The notes under the pieces: generated by a model
What the model saw: only the letters and a program-made list of their open reading frames with translations
Database searches by the model: none
What the model was told of the DNA's origin: nothing
Part shown: one piece after another, positions 1 through 10,214 of the stretch
Layout: every line of letters starts with the position of its first letter
Numbering within the stretch: position 1 is the first letter of the stretch
IMG/VR virus record: IMGVR_UViG_3300006145_000006
Coordinates: 2,480-66,479 of that record
Length of the DNA stretch: 64,000 nt
From: a virus
Lineage: Duplodnaviria; Heunggongvirae; Uroviricota; Caudoviricetes
Direction: 5' to 3' (one strand)
Position numbers and translations under genes: made by a program

Positions 1-253
1 GTCGAAATCTCGCGGCCGGTAGGAGGCCGTGTGTTGCGTTGTGTGAAAACAAAAGGAGCCGCCGAAGCGACTCCAATTGTTCCGATATAAGAATCGGTGG
101 GGAACTATCTAGGAAGTTCCCAAACTAAGAAAGTTCATAGGCCCACGAACAATCTCGATAGACAACATATGTACTTGGTACATTCGCTGTATAGCTCGAA
201 AGGTGGGCAATATAGCGGTGTTCGTCCCGCAGTCTTATTATAGCATTATCTAT

Positions 254-712
254 CTACACTTGTAAAGCCCTTTTTATGCGTTTTGTAAGATTTTTCATGT
301 CGACAGGGTCAACATGGTCGATATACTTTCCCAGTCGGATTTTACTAATGCATCTAATGTCTTCACATTGGGCGGCGGAGTCATACTTGAGCTTGTATTT
401 ACTTTTGTAGAGAACATAGTGCCAATCATATTGAAGCAGTTTCTTTGCTTTGTCCGCCCACTTAACATTTTTAGACAATGGGATCACCACTATATTCCCA
501 CTTCGACCATTAATTTGGTCAATCGATACAACGACACAAGGCCTAGGTTCAAGTCGGCTCTTTTCATGGCCTATATTTTGGCCGAGGAAACAAGCATATA
601 TGTCGCCGCGTTTAACTTTTGTTGGCGGGATCGGTGTCATTATGAACCTGTCTTGTAATTTAATCGAATATGCGAGCCAACGGGCAAGATTTTCAACAAC
701 ATTAACTGGCAC
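254..712 (-). CDS. MazF/PemK-family endoribonuclease toxin (GTG start at 710-712)
   Basis: 152 aa. N-terminus VKRGDIY...RPCVVVS matches the MazF/EndoA motif (VKRGDVYFADL...VRPVLVI). No MazE-like small ORF lies in the 115-nt gap upstream. Confidence 0.7.
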   Translation of the reverse strand: MPVNVVENLARWLAYSIKLQDRFIMTPIPPTKVKRGDIYACFLGQNIGHEKSRLEPRPCVVVSIDQINGRSGNIVVIPLSKNVKWADKAKKLLQYDWHYVLYKSKYKLKYDSAAQCEDIRCISKIRLGKYIDHVDPVDMKNLTKRIKRALQV

Positions 713-827
713 ACTAGCATCTTCTCTCTATATCGTATGTTTTGGTGATGGTTTTGTTACCACATATACCCACACTTGTTGCACCTGAATTGTGCTCTGC
801 TCTCTGGGGCAAAGCCGCCGATTATAT

Positions 828-1274
828 TCAATCTGGATATTGCAACGGAATAAAACCGTACTTGCATATCCTGAATTCTAGCTTCATTGCACTTTCATGC
901 GATATTCCAGTAATCTGTTCTATCATCTCCATAGCAGTACTGTGGTCGTGCTTGAGGGAAAAAGGCAAAACGGAAGACAAATCAAATTTTACTCCGTAAA
1001 TAATGCACTCTCCAGGTTCGACTTGCTCTTTGCTTTCAGTGTCTGGTGTCTCCGTGTCATACGCCGACATACCGAATCTAAACGACCGCCGTTCTCTTTC
1101 CTCACGCTCTATATCGTCCAAAACGGCGGCGGTAAAGGCGTGGTCGATCCAGTCTGTTCCGGTGGGCTGAAACAGTGGCTTACCGAAGAAGTCATTCATA
1201 TGGCCCATACTGATCTCCTCCAAGGATTGGTTGTGGTTATCATAACACACATCATGTAGATTTGCAATTACCAA
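828..1274 (-). CDS. hypothetical protein upstream of (co-oriented with) the MazF-like gene; possible partner/antitoxin
   Basis: 148-aa acidic ORF with no recognisable domain. Position only. Confidence 0.35.
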   Translation of the reverse strand: MVIANLHDVCYDNHNQSLEEISMGHMNDFFGKPLFQPTGTDWIDHAFTAAVLDDIEREERERRSFRFGMSAYDTETPDTESKEQVEPGECIIYGVKFDLSSVLPFSLKHDHSTAMEMIEQITGISHESAMKLEFRICKYGFIPLQYPD

Positions 1275-4200
1275 CCAAGCTCTCCGCCATTGGGACTCTT
1301 ACGTCTATTTTTGCCAATAACACTCAAAATGCGTCTGCACAGGTCTCGCAATTGGCAGGCGCATTCTCTGTATTAACTCCGGCGCAAATCGCCAACTATG
1401 CTTCACTCCAAAAACTAACAGAACAACAATTACTGGAAATTTTAGATTTGGCAACTTTGAGCAAAGAACAAAAAGACCAGATTATGAACATGTATTTAGC
1501 TGCCACGGCAACGAACACATATACCGGTGCTGCCGGCGGGGCAACTGTTGCTACTGGTGGTCTTGCGGCTGGGCTCAAAGGGCTGACCGCAGTAATTGCG
1601 GCAAATCCGTGGGGCTTTGTCATTACGGCTCTCGCGACCATAATTACCCTATCTATCTCTTGGCAGAAGGCGCAGGAAAAGGCCTTTCAAGAAGCAATCG
1701 ACAATGCTAAAAAGCTTCAGAACGAGTATGAAGCAACTGTTGATACGCTTAAAGATAATATGGAGGCTGTTCAATCTCTAAGTACAGAGTTTTCCAAACT
1801 TTCTGTCGGCGTTGACGATAAGGGAAATAATATTTCACTGACAAACGAGCAATATGACAGGTATCTTGAAATTGTCAACAAGCTAGTTGGGATCAACCCA
1901 AGCCTCGTAAAAGGTTGGGACGACGAAAACCAGGCGATTATAGACAAGAACTCTGCTATTGCAAGTACGATTGAGCTTCTCAAACAGCAAAGGCAGCTCG
2001 AACTGCAAAAGGTAACCACCGCCGACAACAACTGGGACATTCTTGAGGGGTTGTCGAATCAATACTCCAAAGAGATGGATGCCGTCGAAGACGAAGTCAA
2101 CAAAATACGTAATGCTTTTGTCGGCAACATCGAGTTTAATAAGGGTTACAAGGACAACCATGTATTTGGAAACAAAGATTCATGGGCGGCCCTGTTCGAC
2201 CAAATAGCCGAGGCGTATGGCTTAGATCCCGCTAAGGTCGTTGGCTTTGACAGCAAAACAATGCAAAGCGGCTGGGCGGCTTTGTATAAGGCTCTGTTCG
2301 GTGTAGACATGGCAAAACAGGCGAACTTCACCGAGCAGGAGCTAAGGAAGCTCGCAAGCTTTGATTATACTAAACTGTTTGGTATACTCGATAACGACAT
2401 CTACTCTCAGTTTGAGAATGCCACAAACAGAGCCAGGCTTGCCGTCTCTCAGTTAGATAATGCGGCCAATGCGTATCAATCTCAGCTCCAGAGAATTGCA
2501 CAGGCTTCAACCGGTTGGGATAAGCTAAGCGATGGGTCTCAGTCATTTATCAACACATGGATCACGACCATGAAGATTGGTGAGAAAGAGACTGAGTCCA
2601 GCGCTCAGGCAATGACAGACAACCTACAGACCATGATAACCCTGCTGTCCAGCGGGACGGAAGACGGGAATCTACTGCAAAGCAAAATTGATTCGCTATT
2701 CGCTCTCGACTTCAGTAAAATGAATGCGAATCAAGTTGAGCAATGGTATGATGTTGCGGAAAATGCAATTGGCGACATTCAAGAAATTCTCAGCCACTAT
2801 GGTAAGTCTTTATCAGATGACGATATTGCAGCTATCCGGGCTTCCATTGGCCTTGACCTCAACTTTGAGATTAATGGTCAGCCTGCAACTCCGGCGACGC
2901 TTGTTGATGCCGTCAAGGCCAAGTTCAAAGAGCGTGGCTGGAATGAGGATGATGTCAACGGCCTCAATCTCGGAGAGCTGAAGGCGTTCTTTACAGCAGA
3001 TCTTACTGTATATTCGTCTGCCGCAGATGCAAAAGAGGGGTTGTTCCCCCCGCAGACCGTTGATAACGTCAACTCCCTCAAGACCGCCCTCGCCGGGCTA
3101 TCCGATGAAACGACAGTTTTACGGGATGCGATGGCGAAGCTGGACGAGGGGTCTGCGGCCTTTGACAAGTGGATCGGCTCTGACGATAACCTGAAATCCC
3201 TGCTGGATAAGTTCCCCGATCTGCGGGATGAGCTGGAGGCATATAACAACGCCCTGGCCGCCGGGGAGGACCCGCAGAAGGCCTTTATTACCCTCCAGCG
3301 GGCGATGAACGCCGCGCTACAGGACTTCAACACCGACGCGATCTATGATGGCATCAACGATGTTGTCTCGGCCTGCGACACCTATGGAGCCTCTTCCAAC
3401 CAGGTTTTACAGGCCGTGCAGAACCTGGACCGCTTCATCCCGGGGCTGGTCGATAAGCTGTACACCGAGGAGAACGGACTACTCACCGTTGCTTCGGGGG
3501 CGAATTTCAGCGCCGCAGCGATCTATAACGCAGCCAAGGAAACAATCGAGCTGGAGAAGGTCGTCGGTAAGGCAAAGTTTGACGTGTTTGTGGCAGAGGT
3601 GGACAACGTTTCCGACGCCCTCATGAGAATGGGCGGCACAGCAGCCATTGCCGTCGGTGGGCTGAACCCCTACAAGTCGCTCCAAGAAGCAAAAGATCAA
3701 TACATCAAGGATCTCGACTCTCTTCTTGCATCTCTGAACGGAGCATATCGCCGCATCAACAGTAACAACAAAAAGAGTAAGAGCGAGAAAGAGGTCTATG
3801 TCCCGGATGTAGATCCGCTGTATCAGTATCTGCAAGCCGTTGAGGATATCAACGACGAGCTCGACGGGCTGGACATCGACGAGAAGCTTCTGGACGAGGA
3901 CGATTTTGAGGGCAAAAATCGTCTCATTGGAGACCGCATTGAGAAGCTGGAGGAGCTGAAAACCGCCCTCCACGAGCTGAACAATGCCAGAGATGTGGAG
4001 ATCCACACCGCTGTCGGGAAGCTGAATGGCTACGGTGACTTCCAGGCCACCTATGATGCGGAGAGCGGGCAAGCGCTCATCAACAACATGGACGCTCTCA
4101 AGCACTTGACCGGAGATACGGCGAAAGCCGCCGAGGAGCTTATTTCTACCATTGAGAACGGAAGCAAGGCGGCTATCTCTACATCCAAGGAATATATGGA

Positions 4201-6094
4201 GGCACTAGTCGAGCAAAACGCCATGCTGAAAGAGCAGAGGGAGCTGCAAGGGGGAGCAAGCGATGACCGCATCGAGCGGCACAGCAACGCCATCAGCCTG
4301 CTCAAAAACCAGCAGAGCGTTTATGAGGGCAACCTTGACTATCAGGCCGCCGTCCAGTCGCTCAAGGAGCAGAAATCTCACTGGGTAGAGATCCAGAATA
4401 TCGCACACCAGATGGCGGAGGATATCAGAGCCGCCCACCCCGGCATCACCAACGATGACCCCCTACTGAAGAAGTGGATCGATACTTGGTGGGAGGCCAA
4501 CGGTGAGATCAAGACCGCCAACGAGAGGTTTGTGGAGGACAGTCTTGCCCGGCTGGACAGCTTCATCCAGCAGGCGGACAACTTTAACTGGTGGGACCAC
4601 ATCGACACCACCAAGGTGGATATGCTGGAAAAGAAGCTGGCGACCATCCACCAGCTCTACGCAGACGGCATTATTCCAGACGCCGCCACCTACAAGAAGC
4701 TGGTTGACGAGACGGCCAAGGAGATCTATGACGAAAAGCTCAACGCCATTGAGAGGGTCATTGACTACACCAAGAAGCTGATCGAGGAGGAAGTTCGGCT
4801 TCGCAAGGAGGAGCTGGAGGAGCAGGTCGACGACTATAAGAAAATCGTTGACCTGAAGAAGGAGTCCCTCCGGGTAAGCAAGGACGAGGCGGACTACCAG
4901 AGGTCGGTTGCGGAGAAAACGAAGGCCATCGCCAAGCTCCAGCAACAGATCAACACTTTGTCTCTGTCCGACGACCGTCGAGATATCGCAGAGCGCAAAA
5001 AGCTGGAGGAGGAGCTGGCGGAGCTGCAAGGCGAGCTGGCGGATACTCAGGCTGACCACACTCTGGAGGCGCAGGAAAAGGCTCTGGACGACAGCTATAA
5101 TGCCTTTGAGCAGGAGAAGAACGACGAGATCAAGAAGCTGGAGGCCACCATCGACACCGAAGGCAAGCTCTATGCCCTGGCGATCAATCGCATTGACAGA
5201 GACTGGAACACCCTGTATGACGACCTGATGCAGATGAACTCCCTATATTGGGACGGAATCGCAGGCGAGGCCGGGATCAAGGGTGCATGGGATACAGCCA
5301 AGCAAGCTGCCGAGGGTTATAAGGGCACCTTGGAGACCATCCAGGGCATCGAGAAGGAACGGGCAGCCGTATCCGGCACGGGGACTTCGGTGGGAAGCTC
5401 TGTTGTTTCCGATAAGAGCGCCGCCTATCTCACCGGGGACATCGACAAACAGAAGAAACTCCAAGCTATCGGTGCGGAGATGCAGACCAATAGCCAGATG
5501 TGGCACACGGCTTACAACGCCAACAACAAGGGGCAGATGGAGGCTCTGCAAAAGGCTAACCAGAGGCTTGCCAAACAAGTCAAGGATTTGACGGGGCAGG
5601 AACCTGTGTTTGACTCCAGGGACGGGTATTGGAAGCTCGCCAACGGTGAACACTTCTATGAGGTGTATCATGGCGGCACAAAGGCCGTAGGCTCCAACGA
5701 GCCGTGGAATCTCAAGTCTGATGAGATCATGGCCAAGTTGCAACGAGAAGAGGCTGTCATCCCGAAAGATCAGGTACGGCCTACGCTCAAGTTCCTTGAA
5801 TGGGGTAACTCCATGGCAAGCAAAGCCCGAGGACTGTTCTCCGGGGGCGGGCTTATCGCCTCCGCTATGGGCAACGCCGTCAAGGGCGCTCCTCTCTCCC
5901 CCGCTGCCGGGGCTATTGTGAACAACAACGCCCCCAGTTTTGCTCCCAACATCAACGTTGAGGTCAAGTATGACGGCTCTGCCAGCCCTGCGGACGCCAA
6001 GCGCTTTGGGGAGAACATTACCGCCGGCATCAACGAGGCATTCCGCCGTAAGGGCTTTGGTACTGGGGCCAACCCGCTGGGGGTTACCATCTAA
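1262..6094 (+). CDS. phage tail tape measure protein (TMP); start codon uncertain (TTG, no clear SD)
   Basis: 1610 aa with long coiled-coil stretches. N-terminal Gly/Ala-rich TM segments (AAGGATVATGGLAAGLKGL...ITALATIITLSI). Lies immediately upstream of the tail tip protein. Sharp GC shift near 3.0 kb inside the gene. Confidence 0.8.
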   Translation: MQLPTKLSAIGTLTSIFANNTQNASAQVSQLAGAFSVLTPAQIANYASLQKLTEQQLLEILDLATLSKEQKDQIMNMYLAATATNTYTGAAGGATVATGGLAAGLKGLTAVIAANPWGFVITALATIITLSISWQKAQEKAFQEAIDNAKKLQNEYEATVDTLKDNMEAVQSLSTEFSKLSVGVDDKGNNISLTNEQYDRYLEIVNKLVGINPSLVKGWDDENQAIIDKNSAIASTIELLKQQRQLELQKVTTADNNWDILEGLSNQYSKEMDAVEDEVNKIRNAFVGNIEFNKGYKDNHVFGNKDSWAALFDQIAEAYGLDPAKVVGFDSKTMQSGWAALYKALFGVDMAKQANFTEQELRKLASFDYTKLFGILDNDIYSQFENATNRARLAVSQLDNAANAYQSQLQRIAQASTGWDKLSDGSQSFINTWITTMKIGEKETESSAQAMTDNLQTMITLLSSGTEDGNLLQSKIDSLFALDFSKMNANQVEQWYDVAENAIGDIQEILSHYGKSLSDDDIAAIRASIGLDLNFEINGQPATPATLVDAVKAKFKERGWNEDDVNGLNLGELKAFFTADLTVYSSAADAKEGLFPPQTVDNVNSLKTALAGLSDETTVLRDAMAKLDEGSAAFDKWIGSDDNLKSLLDKFPDLRDELEAYNNALAAGEDPQKAFITLQRAMNAALQDFNTDAIYDGINDVVSACDTYGASSNQVLQAVQNLDRFIPGLVDKLYTEENGLLTVASGANFSAAAIYNAAKETIELEKVVGKAKFDVFVAEVDNVSDALMRMGGTAAIAVGGLNPYKSLQEAKDQYIKDLDSLLASLNGAYRRINSNNKKSKSEKEVYVPDVDPLYQYLQAVEDINDELDGLDIDEKLLDEDDFEGKNRLIGDRIEKLEELKTALHELNNARDVEIHTAVGKLNGYGDFQATYDAESGQALINNMDALKHLTGDTAKAAEELISTIENGSKAAISTSKEYMEALVEQNAMLKEQRELQGGASDDRIERHSNAISLLKNQQSVYEGNLDYQAAVQSLKEQKSHWVEIQNIAHQMAEDIRAAHPGITNDDPLLKKWIDTWWEANGEIKTANERFVEDSLARLDSFIQQADNFNWWDHIDTTKVDMLEKKLATIHQLYADGIIPDAATYKKLVDETAKEIYDEKLNAIERVIDYTKKLIEEEVRLRKEELEEQVDDYKKIVDLKKESLRVSKDEADYQRSVAEKTKAIAKLQQQINTLSLSDDRRDIAERKKLEEELAELQGELADTQADHTLEAQEKALDDSYNAFEQEKNDEIKKLEATIDTEGKLYALAINRIDRDWNTLYDDLMQMNSLYWDGIAGEAGIKGAWDTAKQAAEGYKGTLETIQGIEKERAAVSGTGTSVGSSVVSDKSAAYLTGDIDKQKKLQAIGAEMQTNSQMWHTAYNANNKGQMEALQKANQRLAKQVKDLTGQEPVFDSRDGYWKLANGEHFYEVYHGGTKAVGSNEPWNLKSDEIMAKLQREEAVIPKDQVRPTLKFLEWGNSMASKARGLFSGGGLIASAMGNAVKGAPLSPAAGAIVNNNAPSFAPNINVEVKYDGSASPADAKRFGENITAGINEAFRRKGFGTGANPLGVTI

Positions 6095-6096
6095 CA

Positions 6097-6135
6097 AATC
6101 TCCCCTCCGGACGTCCGGCGGGGAGATTTCTCATA
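6097..6135. terminator. GC-rich hairpin after the TMP (TCTCCCCTCCGGACG/CGTCCGGCGGGGAGA), bidirectional terminator candidate
   Basis: Near-perfect inverted repeat directly after the TMP stop, followed by TTTCTCAT. Confidence 0.45.
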
Positions 6136-6189
6136 AAACCGTCATTTTATTGACAACGAGGGATAGCCTGGGCAACGCCGGGGGTCCGC

Positions 6190-6264
6190 TTACTTGCGGA
6201 CGACCACACGGCGCTTCACGGTCGTTTTGACCGCTACTTTGACAGTGACATGCACCTTCGCCAT
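6190..6264 (-). CDS. tiny 24-aa highly basic peptide (MAKVHVTVKVAVKTTVKRRVVVRK)
   Basis: ATG preceded by a perfect SD (AAAGGAGGTG) at 6-nt spacing. Antisense in the TMP-Tal intergenic gap, ending at the shared hairpin. Confidence 0.35.
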   Translation of the reverse strand: MAKVHVTVKVAVKTTVKRRVVVRK

Positions 6265-6494
6265 AGCAAACACCTCCTTTCGGTCATACCACCCTTCCGT
6301 AAAAGCGGTCCGTCTGGTGTTGCAGACGGGGTGGGATGGTCGAGAGCCAAATGCTCTATGGTCAAAGACCGACCGACAAGAAGATAATCAAAGCGCCCAG
6401 GCTATCCGGTTCCATTTTACCATAGTTCGATATAAAGTCAAGCTCATGGTCGTAGCCATAGCCCCGGAGGTCGAAGGACTTCCGGGGTTTTACT

Positions 6495-9400
6495 ATGCCC
6501 ATGAACAATAACGATCTGGAGGTGAACGGTTTGGTCATTGACCTTTCTCAGTTTGATTTTAAGAAGAAGCCCACGCTGATCCTGCGCAACCCGGATGGGA
6601 CTGCCGTTGGCGTGTTGGGTACGGCCTACAACGTTAAGCTCGACCCGCACTACAACGAGGTGTCCGCGCTGGAATTTGACCTGTCGGCCTACGACGCGGT
6701 CATGCGGACGCCGCACTATGACCAGGTCATCGGGCTACGGATCGTTGACCTCAAGGGAATCGGGCAGTTTGTACTGAACAACCCGAAAACCATCAACGCC
6801 GGGGCGTGGGAAAGCAAGCACTGCACGGCGTATTCTCTGGAGCGGGAGTTTGTCCGCAAGGACGTTTATCTGGAGAAGAATGTCTACAACTTCTGGAACC
6901 CGGTATCCCCGGAGGGGACCGTGCTGGGAATCATCATGGAGAAGTTTCCCAACTGGTCTGTGGGCAAGGTAGACAGCGACCTCATTGGGAAATACCGTTC
7001 TCTGGACGACACGGACGGCAACGCTTACAACGTGATGAAGTCCACCCTTCAGGAGGCCTACGGCTGTATCTTCGACTTTGACACCTACAAGCGCAAGGTA
7101 AACGTGGTATCCGCCGCCAGCGATCCCGCTTCCCTACCCATGTTATTCTCCCTGGACAACCTCATTAAGCAGCTTGAAATCGAGGAGGATGACGAGAACA
7201 TCGCTACCTGTCTAGGAGTTTACGGAGCTGACGGGCTGAGCATCGTAGACGTGAATCCTATGGGCGGCGCAAAGCTTTACAACTTTGACTACTTCATGAA
7301 CGAGACCAACTTCGCCACAGAGGCCATTGAGAAGTACCAAGCATGGAAAGCTCACTTCAGGGCGATGCAGGAGCCGTTCTATCACCTCACGGTGGAGCAG
7401 GCGCTCAAGGAGTCTCAGGTGGCGGCGGAGGGCGCGCGGCTCACAGACCTGCAAGGGGAGCTGAAGGCGCTGGAGGGCGTTCAGGCCACTTGGGTGGAGC
7501 TGCTGGCCAGCCATGACTACTCCGGCAAGACACTGGAGGACGGTACGCCTGCCGACGAAAAGGGCGTTCAGAAGGAACTGGACAGGGTCAACGGACTGAT
7601 CCGAGATAAGAAACAGGAGATCGACACCCGGCAGGCCGTGGTGGACAGTGCGAAGGCCAAGGCCGACCAGCTCCAATCGGAACGGCAGCACATAGTGGAT
7701 AGCTGCCAATTTGATATGTTTTTCTCCGAGGAGGAAATCCTCCAGCTTGACCACTATATCATGGAAAACCGCATTGATGAGAGTTCCTTTGTTGCATCCG
7801 ATGTCAAGAACTACAATACTAAGGACACCAGCCTAATCATTAGCAACGCCACCGCCGCCCTGTATGGAAGCTATAGCGACAAGGGCACGATTTCCTTTGC
7901 TGAGTTGCCCGCTATTTCCCAAGCTGATGTGAACGCCGTCTATTATATTGCCTCCGGGGAGAAGCACCACTGGGATTCTGTGCTGACCCGTGCTATCACG
8001 CCGTCTCTCAAGAAAGAGGCGACCGCCATTGTCAACAAGACGGCAGATACTCAAGGCCATGAGTTGAGCGCGGAGTTTACTTCCTTTGTGAAGACGGCGC
8101 GGGACATCTATGTGGAGAACGCCGACGGCGAGGTGGTGGATGACTCCCCTGCCTCGATCCGCTATCTGGCGAAGGGTATTCTCACCGTGGGGCAACGCAC
8201 AGAGAGCCTGACTACGGAGACCTACTTTCTGACCACGGCGGACTTTGTGGACGGCGCGTGGGTTGTGTATCCCGCCGGGGTGAGCGTGGCCGTGCAGGGC
8301 ACAGGCCGGAGCAAGAAATACAAGGTGTTGCCTGCTGATTTCGTCCTGGCAGAGGAATCGGCCATCACAACCATTCAGCGGGACAACAGCACCATCTATT
8401 CTCTGTCCGGCGGGCGGTTCAGTCTTTCCGCCGGGGACACAGAGCTGGATGCCGATGTGGTACGGGCATCCGTGGAGATCATGAAGGATAAGACTTTTAC
8501 CCTGAGCGCATACCTGAACGGCGGTACGCTGGGCGAAACCGCCTTCCCAAGCGGGACGGTAGTCCTGACAGGCGACAGCAGCTCCGCTACCGCAGAGAGT
8601 GCTAAGCTAACCATGAATATCAAAGAGGCGCGCTTCTACTTCACCCAGAACCTGACCGAGTGGGAGCGGCGGAGCGTAGCCTGGGACTTGTTCCAGTATG
8701 GGCAGGAGGTTTTGGAGAAGGTTTCTCAGCCCAGCTACAGCTTCACGGTGGACTCCGCCGACTTCCTGGTGATGGACGAATTTGAGGCGTTCAAGAACGC
8801 CCTGTCCCTGGGCAAGCGGGTCTATCTCAAGCTGGACGACGGGCGTGTACTCACTCCCCTGCTCCTTGGCTTCTCCCACACCTTCGACGAGGAAAGCGGC
8901 CTGACGCTGGAGTTCTCCAACAAGTTCACCAGCAATGATGAGAACGACCGCCTGGTTGGCCTCCTGGAGCAAAGCGTGAGCATGGGCAAGAAGCTGGAAC
9001 TGAACCGGGAAATCAACTCCTTTACCCAGAGCCACGCCAACACGGCCATCCACGACTTTATGAATGGCGCGCTAGACGTTGCCAAAAACTCCATCCTGTC
9101 CACCACTGGGCAGGCCATTTCCTGGGACGAGAACGGCCTGCGGCTGCGGAAGTGGAACAGCGGCCGCACAGGGTATGAGGACGAGCAGATCTGGATGAAG
9201 GACAACCTGATCGTCTTTACCGAGGACGCATGGCAGCACGCCAAGATGGCCATCGGGCATATCCATGACGAGGAGCTTGGCGACCTGTGGGGCGTGATCG
9301 CGGACAGCATTGTGGGCAAGCTGCTGGCAGGTGAAAACCTCATTATCATGGGGACAGACGCCACGGGCAAGAAAACCCTGTTCCGGGTGGACGGCAGCGG

Positions 9401-10211
9401 GATGTACGCCTACAACAGCCGCTTCTGGATGGAGAGCCCCAACGGCGGGGCGTTTGCTATCGACCCGTCCTTTGGGTTGGGTCTTGGGCAGGGCAACCCG
9501 TTCACGGTTGGCTCTGACGGCACCATCGTGCCCAAGTGCATTGACGCGGCGACCGGGGAGCTGAAGTTGGACAAGGAAGGTTTCCCTGTGGGGATGAACT
9601 TCTGGGCTGGGATGGATGGGCAGGTTTATGTGCGAGGCAATATCTACGCCACCGACGGTGTGTTTAACGGCATAGTGAAAGCGAAGGACTTCCAGCTCCC
9701 CAGCGGAGACAGCATGGTGTCCATCCTGAACAACGACAAGAAGATCAAGTCTGATTGGCTTGACCTGATGGGGATCAACGTAAAAGACGAGAATGGCAAT
9801 ACCGTTATGACCATAGACGGCACAAACGGTATCACCATTCAAAAGGGTTCTATTAAGTGGAGTGATGTTTCAGGGCGGCCGAGTATCCCTAGACTGCCAG
9901 GGTACATTCAAAGCACCTACATTGATGCGACCAAGGTGGAGAGCTTTCACATTAAAGGTAACAAAGTCGAGGCAGTAATTCCAAAAGCAAGCAACGGGGA
10001 TGATGATACCGGGTTTATACTTACCGGTACATACGGGCAGAACGATTATCGCTATCTCCGTATTTATTCTTTTGCGGGAGACGAGGCTCTCACTGTGTTC
10101 ACATCTCCGGCGAGGACAACTGCAAGTTGGAGTTTTCCTATCACCAGATTTCATGGGCTTCTTGATTTCAGCAATGCTACGACGTACGGACTGCACTTAA
10201 CTTTGGCATAA
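6495..10211 (+). CDS. tail tip / tail-associated (Tal-like, phage minor structural protein N-terminal family) protein
   Basis: 1238 aa directly after the TMP. N-terminus (ILRNPDGTAVGVLG...RIVDLKGIGQFVLNNP) resembles the Tal/prophage-tail N-domain. The last ~110 codons have distinctly lower GC. Confidence 0.7.
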   Translation: MPMNNNDLEVNGLVIDLSQFDFKKKPTLILRNPDGTAVGVLGTAYNVKLDPHYNEVSALEFDLSAYDAVMRTPHYDQVIGLRIVDLKGIGQFVLNNPKTINAGAWESKHCTAYSLEREFVRKDVYLEKNVYNFWNPVSPEGTVLGIIMEKFPNWSVGKVDSDLIGKYRSLDDTDGNAYNVMKSTLQEAYGCIFDFDTYKRKVNVVSAASDPASLPMLFSLDNLIKQLEIEEDDENIATCLGVYGADGLSIVDVNPMGGAKLYNFDYFMNETNFATEAIEKYQAWKAHFRAMQEPFYHLTVEQALKESQVAAEGARLTDLQGELKALEGVQATWVELLASHDYSGKTLEDGTPADEKGVQKELDRVNGLIRDKKQEIDTRQAVVDSAKAKADQLQSERQHIVDSCQFDMFFSEEEILQLDHYIMENRIDESSFVASDVKNYNTKDTSLIISNATAALYGSYSDKGTISFAELPAISQADVNAVYYIASGEKHHWDSVLTRAITPSLKKEATAIVNKTADTQGHELSAEFTSFVKTARDIYVENADGEVVDDSPASIRYLAKGILTVGQRTESLTTETYFLTTADFVDGAWVVYPAGVSVAVQGTGRSKKYKVLPADFVLAEESAITTIQRDNSTIYSLSGGRFSLSAGDTELDADVVRASVEIMKDKTFTLSAYLNGGTLGETAFPSGTVVLTGDSSSATAESAKLTMNIKEARFYFTQNLTEWERRSVAWDLFQYGQEVLEKVSQPSYSFTVDSADFLVMDEFEAFKNALSLGKRVYLKLDDGRVLTPLLLGFSHTFDEESGLTLEFSNKFTSNDENDRLVGLLEQSVSMGKKLELNREINSFTQSHANTAIHDFMNGALDVAKNSILSTTGQAISWDENGLRLRKWNSGRTGYEDEQIWMKDNLIVFTEDAWQHAKMAIGHIHDEELGDLWGVIADSIVGKLLAGENLIIMGTDATGKKTLFRVDGSGMYAYNSRFWMESPNGGAFAIDPSFGLGLGQGNPFTVGSDGTIVPKCIDAATGELKLDKEGFPVGMNFWAGMDGQVYVRGNIYATDGVFNGIVKAKDFQLPSGDSMVSILNNDKKIKSDWLDLMGINVKDENGNTVMTIDGTNGITIQKGSIKWSDVSGRPSIPRLPGYIQSTYIDATKVESFHIKGNKVEAVIPKASNGDDDTGFILTGTYGQNDYRYLRIYSFAGDEALTVFTSPARTTASWSFPITRFHGLLDFSNATTYGLHLTLA

Positions 10212-10214
10212 ATG

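Noticed and set aside
1-253. Left-end non-coding region with short palindromes (e.g. ATGTACttgGTACAT)
   Set aside because: No repeat or att-like structure matching the attP motifs; cannot be interpreted as a prophage boundary from sequence alone.
828-1274. Calling this ORF a MazE-type antitoxin
   Set aside because: 148 aa, acidic, no SpoVT/AbrB or RHH-like N-terminus recognisable, and separated from the toxin by 115 nt. Kept only as a hypothetical possible partner.
3479-4105. 208-aa - strand ORF inside the TMP gene
   Set aside because: Antisense to a clearly coding GC-rich TMP region. The other antisense ORFs across 1.4-10 kb (e.g. 5243-6097, 7212-7754, 8822-9370, 9072-9842) are rejected for the same reason.
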